Source: Candidatus Faecimonas intestinavium
GTDB lineage: Bacteria; Bacillota_I; Bacilli_A; RF39; UBA660
NCBI GenBank assembly: GCA_018716045.1
Contig: DVKL01000013.1
Location: 1-57,897 of the forward strand
Direction: 5' to 3'
DNA length: 57,897 bases
Positions 47,060-56,565 of this stretch are shown piece by piece. Positions within the stretch are counted from its first letter, which is position 1. Every line of letters begins with the position of its first letter. The position numbers and the translations under genes were made by a program. The notes under the pieces were generated by a model. The model searched no databases. It saw only the letters and a program-made list of their open reading frames with translations, and had not been told where the DNA came from.

Positions 47060-47572
47060 TCATTCAATAGAAAGTGTTACTTCATCAGATAAAAGATTCT
47101 TTGATTTTAACCACATGCTAAGATAGTTTATTATTTTATATTTAACAATATTAGACATTTTCGTTCCATCAGCATAAGAAATACAATCTTTCTTTTTTAA
47201 ATTATTATTAAAAAGTATTTTTCCTTTTGCATCCAACTTATAATCAACATTTACTTTTCTCTTTTTATAATACAGTTCGAACCCTTCTAAAGTATGAATA
47301 TCTTTAAACTTAATATAAAAATTATTAGGGTTTTGTAAAATTGGTATAATTAAGATCATATAGGTGCAAACAATAACTCCTATTGTTGGATATACAATAA
47401 ACTCAAGATTGATATCAAGAATTCCATTTATTAGCAAATATATAAAAAGTATATCTAAAACAATCAATATAATACTTCCAATAATATTGCTTATGCCATA
47501 TTTAGGTTTGATTTTTCCATTAACAAGGCTAATACCTAAAGCTGTTCCTCCAACTGTTTCTATAACTCCCAT
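47060..47572 (-). CDS. hypothetical membrane protein (170 aa, 3 TM plus a soluble C-terminal domain)
   Basis: Hydrophobic N-terminal half. No family recognised. Confidence 0.5.
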   Translation of the reverse strand: MGVIETVGGTALGISLVNGKIKPKYGISNIIGSIILIVLDILFIYLLINGILDINLEFIVYPTIGVIVCTYMILIIPILQNPNNFYIKFKDIHTLEGFELYYKKRKVNVDYKLDAKGKILFNNNLKKKDCISYADGTKMSNIVKYKIINYLSMWLKSKNLLSDEVTLSIE

Positions 47573-47746
47573 TTTAACACTCCTTACTATAGTTATTTTA
47601 CAATATTTTCCGCATCATTTCTAGCTGTCATTTTAGGTATTAATTGAGTTATTCTAATAATACGACTTAACTTAATTCTATTTATAAGGCATTTTTTTCA
47701 CTATATCGTAGTCGGTTATTCTCCCAATTTCTTAGTAAATTAATCA

Positions 47747-47779
47747 ACAAAAAAACGCCCAAATGATAATAGGACGCTT
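47747..47779 (-). terminator. rho-independent terminator after secA
   Basis: The minus-strand RNA pairs AGCGUCC with GGGCGUU (including G-U pairs) and is followed by a U6 run. Confidence 0.55.
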
Positions 47780-47821
47780 CTTTAATTTTCATTCTTTTTA
47801 GATGCTATAGAACATAAGAAA

Positions 47822-50320
47822 TTATGCATTTTTTCCACAGCACTGTTTGTATTTCTTACCACTTCCACATGGACATGGATCATTTCTACCGATTTTTTTT
47901 ACTCTTTTTGGCGTTTTTTTAGCAGGCTCTTTTCCACCCTCATTAGTTATTTTCTTTTTGGCTACTTCTTTTCGCTCAATATTTTGTCTGATTTCTGCTC
48001 TTAATAAGAATGTTGTTACATCTTTATCTATCTTTTGCAACATTTCATCAAACATATCATACCCTTCCATTGTATAAGCACGTAGTGGATCTTCTTGTGC
48101 ATAACCTCTTAAGTGAATTCCTTCTCTCAAGTGAGACATAGTGTTGATATGTTCCATCCAATAGTTATCGACTACTTGTAATGTGATTGCTTTTTCAAAC
48201 TCATCTGTTACTTCTTGTGGAATCTCTTTTAGCTTTTCTTCATATTCTTCTGTAATTTTCTTTACTAATACATCGATTGTTTCTTCCTCTGATAATCCTT
48301 CTATATCAGATAATTTTATATCTTTCTTTAGTAAATTTTCATTTACATATTCTTTGATTTCTTCATAATCTTCTTTTCCAAGAGTACCTTCTGGTGCTAA
48401 GTGAGATTTTACTAAATCCTCCATATGATGACGGAATGTATCTAAAACCATTTCATGAATTGATTCACTATCTAAGATTCTATTTCTTTTCGCATACATA
48501 ATTTCTCTTTGATCGTTCATAACATCATCATATTGTAATAGTTGTTTACGAATATCAAAGTTATTTCCTTCTACACGTTTTTGTGCAGTTCCGATAGATC
48601 TTGTAAATGTTTTACTCTGAATTGCTTGTTCACCAAGTCCCATAGACTTCATCATTTCACCAATTCTATCAGAACCAAAACGAACCATTAGGTCATCTTT
48701 CATAGATACAAAGAATTGTGTATATCCAGGGTCTCCTTGACGTCCTGAACGTCCACGCAATTGGTTGTCAATACGACGAGATTCATGACGTTCAGTACCA
48801 ACTACGCATAATCCGCCTAATTTCCTAATATCATCTGATAATTTAATATCTGTACCACGACCAGCCATGTTAGTAGCAATAGTCACTGATCTTTTTTGAC
48901 CAATTTTAGATATAATTTCTGCTTCTCGAGCATGATTTTTTGCATTTAATACTTCATGCGGAATATGAGCTTTTTTTAATAAGTCACTTATTAATTCACT
49001 TGTTTCAATTGCAATTGTACCAATTAAAACTGGTTGTCCTTTTTCATAACGTTCTTTTACAAAGTTAATAATCGCTTTATACTTAGCTTCTTTTGTTGCA
49101 TAAACTAAGTCTGGTGCATCAATACGAATTACTTCTTTGTTGGTTGGTATTTCTATAACGTACATATTATAGATATTTCTAAATTCTTCTTCTTCGGTTT
49201 TTGCAGTACCTGTCATACCAGATAATTTTTTATACATTCTGAATAAATTTTGGAAAGTTATTGTCGCTAATGTTTTTGTTTCTTGATTTATAGTTACTCC
49301 TTCTTTTGCTTCAATTGCTTGATGAAGCCCATCAGAATAAGCACGGCCTTTCATTAGACGACCAGTAAATTGGTCAACTATTACTACTTCGTCATCTTGT
49401 ACAACGTAATCTACATCTTTTTTCATAGCATAATTCGCACGTAATGCTTGATTAATATAATGAACTAAAGAAGCATTTTCAATATCATAAAGATTTTTTA
49501 CATGGAATGATTTTTCTGCTTTTTCGCTGCCTTTTTCAGTCAAAGTTACTGCTTTAGTCTTTTCATCATAAACATAGTCATCTTCTACTTTTAATCCTTT
49601 TGCGAAATGATCAGCATCTAAATATAAATTAGCACTGTTCATTTGTCCACCCGAAATAATTAAAGGAGTTCTTGCTTCATCGATTAATACGGAGTCAACC
49701 TCATCGATGATAGCAAAGTTTAAAGGTCTTTGTACTCTATCTTCTTTTCTAATTACCATGTTATCTCTTAAGTAATCAAAACCAATTTCGTTGTTCGTAG
49801 AATATAGAATATCGCAATTATACGCTTCTTGTTTTTCTTTTGCGCTTAATTCTCTTGTATTAACACCAACTGTCAATCCTAAGAAACGATATATATCTCC
49901 CATCCATTCAGCATCACGTCCAGCTAGATATTCATTAACTGTAATGACGTGTACTCCTTCACCAGTTAAGGCATTTAAATAACCAGGAAGTACACAAGTT
50001 AAAGTTTTTCCTTCACCAGTTTTCATTTCTGCTATATTACCATAATGAATAGCAAGTCCACCTAAAATTTGTACATAAAAGTGCTTTTCTCCCAAAACAC
50101 GAAAAGAAGCTTCTCTTGCCGTTGCAAAAGCTTCTACAAGGATATCTTCTAAAGTTTCTCCATTTTGTAGTCTTTCTTTAAATTCTTCTGTTTTAGCTTT
50201 TAATTCTGTATCTGTTAATTTAGAATATTCTTCATCTAAATCCATGATTTTATCTGCCAAGACTTCAAATCTTTTTAATTCTTTATATTCATGATCAAAT
50301 ATTTTTCTTAATAATTTCAT
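47822..50320 (-). CDS. secA: preprotein translocase ATPase SecA
   Basis: 832 aa. MKTGEGKTL Walker [20 protein letters not shown] and C-terminal zinc motif [13 protein letters not shown]. Confidence 0.97.
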   Translation of the reverse strand: MKLLRKIFDHEYKELKRFEVLADKIMDLDEEYSKLTDTELKAKTEEFKERLQNGETLEDILVEAFATAREASFRVLGEKHFYVQILGGLAIHYGNIAEMKTGEGKTLTCVLPGYLNALTGEGVHVITVNEYLAGRDAEWMGDIYRFLGLTVGVNTRELSAKEKQEAYNCDILYSTNNEIGFDYLRDNMVIRKEDRVQRPLNFAIIDEVDSVLIDEARTPLIISGGQMNSANLYLDADHFAKGLKVEDDYVYDEKTKAVTLTEKGSEKAEKSFHVKNLYDIENASLVHYINQALRANYAMKKDVDYVVQDDEVVIVDQFTGRLMKGRAYSDGLHQAIEAKEGVTINQETKTLATITFQNLFRMYKKLSGMTGTAKTEEEEFRNIYNMYVIEIPTNKEVIRIDAPDLVYATKEAKYKAIINFVKERYEKGQPVLIGTIAIETSELISDLLKKAHIPHEVLNAKNHAREAEIISKIGQKRSVTIATNMAGRGTDIKLSDDIRKLGGLCVVGTERHESRRIDNQLRGRSGRQGDPGYTQFFVSMKDDLMVRFGSDRIGEMMKSMGLGEQAIQSKTFTRSIGTAQKRVEGNNFDIRKQLLQYDDVMNDQREIMYAKRNRILDSESIHEMVLDTFRHHMEDLVKSHLAPEGTLGKEDYEEIKEYVNENLLKKDIKLSDIEGLSEEETIDVLVKKITEEYEEKLKEIPQEVTDEFEKAITLQVVDNYWMEHINTMSHLREGIHLRGYAQEDPLRAYTMEGYDMFDEMLQKIDKDVTTFLLRAEIRQNIERKEVAKKKITNEGGKEPAKKTPKRVKKIGRNDPCPCGSGKKYKQCCGKNA

Positions 50321-50350
50321 TCTGACATCTCCTTAACTATTTATTTTACC

Positions 50351-50381
50351 AAAAAAAAAGAAAGAATAAAAGCTTATTCTT
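50351..50381 (-). terminator. terminator or attenuator after hpf, directly upstream of secA
   Basis: AAGAATAA/TTATTCTT 8-bp stem followed by a T9 run on the minus strand. Only about 30 nt remain before the secA ATG. Confidence 0.55.
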
Positions 50382-50392
50382 CCTTTTTCTTA

Positions 50393-50923
50393 CTATTCAG
50401 ACTCGATTACACCATAGTTTCCATCAGTTCTTTTATATACAACTGCTACTTGGTTTGTTTCACTGTCTTTATACATATAGAATTGGTGACCTAAGAGCTC
50501 CATTTGAAGTATCGCCTCTTCTTCGTTCATTGGTTTTACTTCGACTTTCTTTCTCTTTAAGATCTTTTTGTCATCCATATCTTCTTCATCAGCAAATGCA
50601 GACATAGAAAAGTCTTTATTTGTTTTCACTTGTTTTGACATAATCCTTGTCTTGTTCTTTCTAATTTGCCTTTCTAGCTTATCGATAGTTTTATCGACAG
50701 CTGCATAGAAGTCATCTTTAGATTCTTCTGATCTTAAAATAAATGCTTTTAGTGGTATGGTAATTTCTACTCGTTGCTCATGATTTTTTACTTTAACTAT
50801 GACAGATGCGCGAACATTTTCGCTATTTTCTAGGTACTTATTTAACTTTTCTAGTTTTTCTTCAATATATTCTTTCATAGCGTCTGTAACCTTAAGCTTA
50901 TCTCCATGAATAATAATTTCCAT
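50393..50923 (-). CDS. hpf: ribosome hibernation promoting factor, long form
   Basis: 176 aa. S30AE N-domain plus a C-terminal dimerisation domain (KPMNEEEAILQMELLGHQFYMY). Confidence 0.9.
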   Translation of the reverse strand: MEIIIHGDKLKVTDAMKEYIEEKLEKLNKYLENSENVRASVIVKVKNHEQRVEITIPLKAFILRSEESKDDFYAAVDKTIDKLERQIRKNKTRIMSKQVKTNKDFSMSAFADEEDMDDKKILKRKKVEVKPMNEEEAILQMELLGHQFYMYKDSETNQVAVVYKRTDGNYGVIESE

Positions 50924-50974
50924 ACTATCACCTCCTTATACTTGTAGTATAGCATAGTTTCGAAAAAAAAACTA

Positions 50975-51196
50975 CTATTTAACAGTAGCAGTTTCTTTAA
51001 CTAATTTTACATTTAAAGCTTGGTATCCTTTACTAGTTTCTACCAATTTAAACTCTACTAGTTGTCCTTCTGATAAAGTCTTATAGCCTTCTAATTCTAT
51101 TGCAGAGTAATGAACAAATACGTCTTCATTTTCTTTGTATTCGATAAAGCCATATCCTTTATCATTATTGAACCACTTTACGCGTCCAACCATCAT
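50975..51196 (-). CDS. cold-shock protein (CspA family)
   Basis: [13 protein letters not shown] (RNP1) and VFVHYS (RNP2). Start at the ATG ATG pair 51196/51193 after a GAGGTG SD. The track N-terminal extension was rejected. Confidence 0.9.
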   Translation of the reverse strand: MMVGRVKWFNNDKGYGFIEYKENEDVFVHYSAIELEGYKTLSEGQLVEFKLVETSKGYQALNVKLVKETATVK

Positions 51197-51332
51197 GTTT
51201 TTGCACCTCATTTCTACCAACAGCTTACGATATCTTCTTGGTGTTTTAATCATACCAATTTTTACCATTATTTTATTGAAAATTCCTCTAATTGCCTATC
51301 AAACGGACTTTTTTGGTCCTAATTTACTAATT

Positions 51333-51352
51333 TTCGACAAAATTCGACAAAA
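51333..51352 (-). promoter_or_regulatory. tandem perfect Spo0A boxes: TTCGACAAAA x2 (minus strand TGTCGAA-ttt-TGTCGAA, 10-bp phasing)
   Basis: Exact 10-nt direct repeat read from the sequence. It lies 91-110 bp upstream of the agrB ATG and about 140 bp upstream of the csp ATG. Confidence 0.55.
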
Positions 51353-51442
51353 AAACGGGCTTTTTTTACTATTCACAGATTTTTCTGTTCTGTTATTTTA
51401 TTCATTATATAATTATATTGTTAGAGGATATGGTGGTTGTAT

Positions 51443-52039
51443 ATGAAACAATTATTTTTGGAAAATAGCATGAATTTTATTTGTAAATACCAATCCATTT
51501 CTGACTACGATAAAAAAAAGGTAAAATACGGTTTAGAAGGGCTTTATCTTACTATAACAAAAATGGTACTATTAACAATTTTAGCTCTTTTGCTAAATAT
51601 GTTTAAAGAATTTATTTTGGTTGTAGTTTTCTTTAATGTCATTCGTTATACCGGTTTCGGATTTCATGCAGAAAAAAGCTATCAGTGCTTATTGTTTTCC
51701 ACTTTTAACTTTATTGCAATACCATTTTTATTGTTGCATATACAATTATCCAACTTTTTTGTATATACCATCTGTGCAATCTGTATTTTCCACTATTTAC
51801 TTTTTGCACCCGCTGATACAAAAAAAAGACCTCTTTCAAATAAAAGAAAGAGAATCATTCGTAAAATTATTACAGTTATGATTGGTTTTATTTATACATT
51901 GATGATTATTTTGTTGAATAACACATATTGGACTTCTATTATTTTGTCAGCAATGATTATTCAAGCTATTATTATCAGTCCTCTTATTTACCGGTTATTT
52001 AATCAACCATATAACAACTATAAGGCATTAAATATCTAA
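51443..52039 (+). CDS. agrB: AgrB-type membrane peptidase (accessory gene regulator B)
   Basis: About 198 aa, polytopic. VIRYTGFGFHA motif typical of AgrB. GGTGG SD before ATG 51443. Confidence 0.8.
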   Translation: MKQLFLENSMNFICKYQSISDYDKKKVKYGLEGLYLTITKMVLLTILALLLNMFKEFILVVVFFNVIRYTGFGFHAEKSYQCLLFSTFNFIAIPFLLLHIQLSNFFVYTICAICIFHYLLFAPADTKKRPLSNKRKRIIRKIITVMIGFIYTLMIILLNNTYWTSIILSAMIIQAIIISPLIYRLFNQPYNNYKALNI

Positions 52040-52086
52040 AGAGGTATTTAATATATTATTTTTGTAAAGGAGTGTAGTGTGATAGT

Positions 52087-52209
52087 ATGAAGAAGAGATT
52101 ATCTCAATTATTAATGGCCGTAGCAATGTTGGCAACAGGAATGGCTAGTGTTGGATGTGAATGGTGGATATTTGATGAACCTGATTCAATAAATTTATTT
52201 AAAGATTAA
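52087..52209 (+). CDS. agrD: AgrD-type autoinducing peptide precursor (40 aa)
   Basis: Not in the ORF track. MKKRLSQLLMAVAMLATGMASVGCEWWIFDEPDSINLFKD: amphipathic leader, single Cys, and an acidic/Pro (DEP) tail. Lies 47 nt after agrB. Confidence 0.7.
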   Translation: MKKRLSQLLMAVAMLATGMASVGCEWWIFDEPDSINLFKD

Positions 52210-52229
52210 TTTTTACATCCTGCCTGTTT

Positions 52230-53528
52230 TTACAGGTTTTTTTTATATATTGATAATTCCTGAATATAGTAATTGTCAATTATATCTTGCTTACTAGTTA
52301 ACCATGAATTCTCACTGATAAGTTTAGATGCAAAGTACAAACCATTTCCTCTTCCCTCACCTTTTGATGATACTCCCTTTTTATTTCTGTCATTCATATT
52401 CTTAGTCTTTTTGAATGTATTTGAAAACACAATGTTTACTTTATCTTTTAGTTCATATACTTCTATAGTTAAATTTTTCTTTCTACTTTCAGCTGCTGCT
52501 TCTATCGCATTGTCAAAGTATATTCCTATTAGTTTGCATAATATCCTTATATCTTTTTCTGATAATTTATTTAAGATTCCCTTCTTCTCAAGACTTACAT
52601 CTGTCATTAAATTAATTTTTTGCTTTTGAGCAATTGCTGCTTTATAATACATTAACCCTTTGATTCCGCCTGTAGGTAAATTCTTTAAATTTGTTACGGC
52701 TTGTCCTTCAATATTTATATTATCTTCTAAAATTTCATCTATCTTATCTTTTACCTTTTTCTCTTTTGTTAAACATCGTAATACTGCAAGTTGATTTTTA
52801 TATTCATGGCGATTTAATTGTTCTTTTTCAATCCAGTCTTCAAAATTTTGAACATAAGAAAACATATTATCATATTCATTCATTAGATTATTGTAATTAT
52901 TACGTTCATATAAAAATATACTTAGTAATACAATAAATATTATTACTAGTGCAATATTGATTATTATTATAATATTAAATTGACTTATTTGTGTAAAATT
53001 ATAGGAAACTATTGTAAATACTAATATTGTTAATGCCATAAAAATTAAGGTGGAATTACTACTTAATCTTTCTAATTTTTTATTTATCTCTTGTGCCATT
53101 TTCTTTGTGAGTATTAATTTTATGATTGATATAGCGACTATACTTATTAATAAATTTGATAATATTCTTAAATACCATAGACTTCTAATTTCTGAGATAG
53201 TAAAAATCAAAACAAGGAGTGCACCGCAAACCATATCTGCTACAAAAGTTAAAATCATTACAATACTCGATAACAGGATTACTTTTGATACGTTTTCTTT
53301 AAATATAATTTTATAAACAATTATATTCATTAGATATGTTATAAGTGTATTTACTCCTTGATAATCAATATTTCTAATTAAGCTGGCTATCATCGCATAC
53401 CCTATGATTAACATAATATTCTTTATAGATAATAATCTTTTCTTACTATTTGTTAATTTTTTTACAATATAAATTCCAGTAAATACCATGATTATCGGAC
53501 AGACTAAACTAACCAACACCTCTAACAC
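52230..53528 (-). CDS. agrC: AgrC-like (HPK10) membrane sensor histidine kinase
   Basis: 6-7 TM N-terminal sensor. H-box around NRHEYKNQL. GHKL N and G boxes (FDNAIEAA, GEGRGNGL). Confidence 0.75.
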   Translation of the reverse strand: MLEVLVSLVCPIIMVFTGIYIVKKLTNSKKRLLSIKNIMLIIGYAMIASLIRNIDYQGVNTLITYLMNIIVYKIIFKENVSKVILLSSIVMILTFVADMVCGALLVLIFTISEIRSLWYLRILSNLLISIVAISIIKLILTKKMAQEINKKLERLSSNSTLIFMALTILVFTIVSYNFTQISQFNIIIIINIALVIIFIVLLSIFLYERNNYNNLMNEYDNMFSYVQNFEDWIEKEQLNRHEYKNQLAVLRCLTKEKKVKDKIDEILEDNINIEGQAVTNLKNLPTGGIKGLMYYKAAIAQKQKINLMTDVSLEKKGILNKLSEKDIRILCKLIGIYFDNAIEAAAESRKKNLTIEVYELKDKVNIVFSNTFKKTKNMNDRNKKGVSSKGEGRGNGLYFASKLISENSWLTSKQDIIDNYYIQELSIYKKNL

Positions 53529-54240
53529 GATTAAACATCTCCCTTTTCTTACTTCTTGATATTCCGTTGAATTCTTCGCCAGTTTTTAGAACAGCTACAT
53601 TTTTACTAAGATTATAATATTGTACTTGTTCTACGTTGATAGCAATTGCTCTATTACATTTGAAAAATCTTTTATCTAATTTTTCTAACACTTCATTTAG
53701 TGTTCCTTGGATTGGATAGTCCCCTTCTTCTGTATGAATTATGCATCGTTTACTATCCATTTCTTTTTCTATTTTAATGATACTTCTATATTCTACATTA
53801 TAAGCAATATTCTTATATGTATATCTTAGAGTGTTATATTTATTATCATAATGTTTCATACAAATTAATAAAGCGTCTTTTAGCTTTTGTTCTGAACGGT
53901 CTAATTTATTTATGAAATCTACTAACATTAATCTTTTACTTAAAGCTTCATATTTATATTCTGCATATCCAGAAATCATGATAATCATAGATACCCAATC
54001 ATCATATTCTTCTCTGATTTTTCTTGCAGTATTAATTCCAGAACCGATATCTGTCTTTATATCTAATAAATAAACTTTAAAACCTTTTATTTTCTTTATT
54101 TCTCTTTCCCACTTATCATCGTAGCAAGTAAATGTATAACATTTATATTCTGTGTCATATTTCATCATAAATTTATCAATTTGATATTTGTATTCTTTTA
54201 GTAACTCTGGCTCATCTTCACAAATTACAAAATTTATCAT
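53509..54240 (-). CDS. agrA: LytTR-family response regulator (AgrA-like)
   Basis: REC domain (ICEDE, LLDI) plus a C-terminal LytTR domain. The stop overlaps the kinase start. Confidence 0.8.
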   Translation of the reverse strand: MINFVICEDEPELLKEYKYQIDKFMMKYDTEYKCYTFTCYDDKWEREIKKIKGFKVYLLDIKTDIGSGINTARKIREEYDDWVSMIIMISGYAEYKYEALSKRLMLVDFINKLDRSEQKLKDALLICMKHYDNKYNTLRYTYKNIAYNVEYRSIIKIEKEMDSKRCIIHTEEGDYPIQGTLNEVLEKLDKRFFKCNRAIAINVEQVQYYNLSKNVAVLKTGEEFNGISRSKKREMFNRVRGVG

Positions 54241-54313
54241 ATTAATCTCCTTATATTTCCAAATTTTACCAGTTATTATAAAAATAAAAACTGCTATTGC
54301 TAGCAGTTTAGTT

Positions 54314-55408
54314 TTAGGACTTCTTTCGTTTGAAGAATGGTATCTTTTCTTCTATTTTTTTTGTTCTTGTTGGAGTTTTATCAGAGATTATTGTAGTATG
54401 CAATACAAACCATAATACAATAATAAATATGATTATATATACTATTTTTCCTAAAACTGGATCTTTAATTGTATAAAGAATAGATGCTGCTGCAAACAGT
54501 AGGTTTATACCATAAATAATTAGAACTGTAGTTCTTTGTGAAAAATTCATACCTAATAATTGATGATGTAGATGTTTCTTGTCTGCTTGAAATGGAGGCT
54601 GACCCTTTAACAGTCTTCTGATAATCGCGAACAAAGTATCTAAAATAGGTATTCCTAAAATCATAATTGGAACAAAGAAAGATGTTAGGGCAGGACCTTT
54701 AAATTCTAATAATGTAATTACTGATATAATAAATCCCATAAATGTTGCACAGTCTCCGGCAAAAATCTTGGCGGGATAGAAATTGTGTAATAAAAAACCT
54801 AATGTAGAACCCAACATGATAAACGTTAAAATCATGACTAGACTTCCGCCTCTTCCTTGATAAAATCCAATAATGCCGATAGTCAAATAGAAAATAGAAC
54901 AAACTCCTCCACTTAATCCATCTAATCCATCTATTAAATTAATAATATTTGTACACGCAACAATGAAGAAAATGGTAATCCAAGGAGCAAAAATGCCGAA
55001 ATCTAATGAAAAACCAAATGCAGTTATATTATCTAGCGTTATTTTTCCATAAAATACTATTATACAGGCAGCTATTAAATGACCTATCATTTTTTGATAT
55101 GCTCGAATTGGTTTAATATCATCCATAATTCCTGTTAGAATAATAATAAAACTACCAATTAATATAGAATTCATTCTAATACTCTGTTCACCAAATAGCA
55201 TATATCCAAATAAGAAGCCTAAAAATATTCCTACTCCTCCTAGCATTGGAGTTGCTTTTTTGTGAATATGCCTATGTCCCTCATCGGCGCGAGGCACGTC
55301 AATTGCTCCAACGTGGATTGCAATTCTTTTGATTATCGGCATAATTAATGCCGTGAATAAAAACGTAACTAAGACTATTTTACTTGCATCTAGGATTTGT
55401 TCTTTCAT
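54314..55408 (-). CDS. tagO: undecaprenyl-phosphate N-acetylhexosamine-1-phosphate transferase (MraY/WecA GT4 family, TagO-like)
   Basis: Polytopic. NLIDGLDGL and HLHH motifs. Start at ATG 55408. Confidence 0.75.
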   Translation of the reverse strand: MKEQILDASKIVLVTFLFTALIMPIIKRIAIHVGAIDVPRADEGHRHIHKKATPMLGGVGIFLGFLFGYMLFGEQSIRMNSILIGSFIIILTGIMDDIKPIRAYQKMIGHLIAACIIVFYGKITLDNITAFGFSLDFGIFAPWITIFFIVACTNIINLIDGLDGLSGGVCSIFYLTIGIIGFYQGRGGSLVMILTFIMLGSTLGFLLHNFYPAKIFAGDCATFMGFIISVITLLEFKGPALTSFFVPIMILGIPILDTLFAIIRRLLKGQPPFQADKKHLHHQLLGMNFSQRTTVLIIYGINLLFAAASILYTIKDPVLGKIVYIIIFIIVLWFVLHTTIISDKTPTRTKKIEEKIPFFKRKKS

Positions 55409-55471
55409 TCTCGTCACTTCCTATTAAAATTATAGCAGAATTATTTTTAATAGAAAAGAAAAAAACCAATT

Positions 55472-56467
55472 TTATTGGTCTTCTTCTAATAACGTAATAT
55501 TATTTAACAGCGTTCCCGTTCCTTCGGCTACACACGTCAAAGGTGACTCTGCAATTAAAATTGGTACTTGCAACTCTTTTTCTAATAATTCTGGTAACCC
55601 TCTTAGCATTGCTCCTCCACCAGTTAATATAATTCCTTTTTCTACAATGTCTCCAGATAATTCTGGTGGGGTCTGTTCCAAAACATTTGTTGTTGCTTTT
55701 ACTATTTTTTGAATACTTTCTTCTAAAGCTAATTTTGTTTCATCTTGTGTTATTTCTATTGTATCTGGTAATCCAGTAATTAAATTTCTCCCTCTTACTT
55801 CTAATTTTTCCTTTTTGTTTGGATCGAAGATGTTGGAAAATCCTATTTTTATATCTTCTGCCGTTCTTTCTCCAATTAATAATTTATATTTTTCTTTTAT
55901 ATATTTAATAATATCTTGATCGAATACATTTCCAGCAATACGTACTGATGTAGAAGATACAATATCATTTAATGAAAGAATAGCAATATCTGTGGTACCT
56001 CCACCAATATCTATTACCATATTAGCTGTTGGTTTAGAAATATCCATTCCTGCTCCTATAGCTGCTACTTTTGGTTCTTCCTCAATATAGACTTTTCTTG
56101 CACCTGTTCTTTCTGCAGCTTCTTTAATTGCATTTTTTTCTACTGGTGTAATGTTTGTTGGACAGCATATTAAAATTCTTGGTCTGGAGAAAAGCTTTTT
56201 TGCTTTGATCTTCTTTATAAATGAATTTAGCATGATTTCTGTAATCTCAAAATCTGCAATTACACCATCTTTCATTGGTTTTATAGCTTTTACTTTTCCT
56301 GGTGTTCTTCCTAACATCTCGTTTGCTTCTGTACCAACTGCAATTACACTTTTAGAATCTGTATCAATCGCAACTATGCTAGGTTCATTTAACACTATTC
56401 CTTGTCCTTTAACATATATTAAAACATTTGCTGTTCCTAAATCTATTCCAATATCTTTTGCCCACAT
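55472..56467 (-). CDS. mreB: rod-shape determining actin homolog MreB/Mbl
   Basis: IGIDLGTANVL, DIGGGTTD and LTGGGA motifs. Start at ATG 56467 (AAGGAAGTGA SD). Confidence 0.92.
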   Translation of the reverse strand: MWAKDIGIDLGTANVLIYVKGQGIVLNEPSIVAIDTDSKSVIAVGTEANEMLGRTPGKVKAIKPMKDGVIADFEITEIMLNSFIKKIKAKKLFSRPRILICCPTNITPVEKNAIKEAAERTGARKVYIEEEPKVAAIGAGMDISKPTANMVIDIGGGTTDIAILSLNDIVSSTSVRIAGNVFDQDIIKYIKEKYKLLIGERTAEDIKIGFSNIFDPNKKEKLEVRGRNLITGLPDTIEITQDETKLALEESIQKIVKATTNVLEQTPPELSGDIVEKGIILTGGGAMLRGLPELLEKELQVPILIAESPLTCVAEGTGTLLNNITLLEEDQ

Positions 56468-56565
56468 ATATGTCACTTCCTTTTCTGTCATTAATATTTT
56501 ATCATAAAATCTTAATTTTATAATAAAATATATTCATATTTTTTATATTTATGAAAAAAAAGAGA

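Noticed and set aside
50924-50974. Terminator between csp and hpf (CTACT/AGTAG hairpin)
   Set aside because: The stem is only 5 bp and overlaps the csp stop codon, with an A-run on the wrong side for the minus strand. It is too weak to call.
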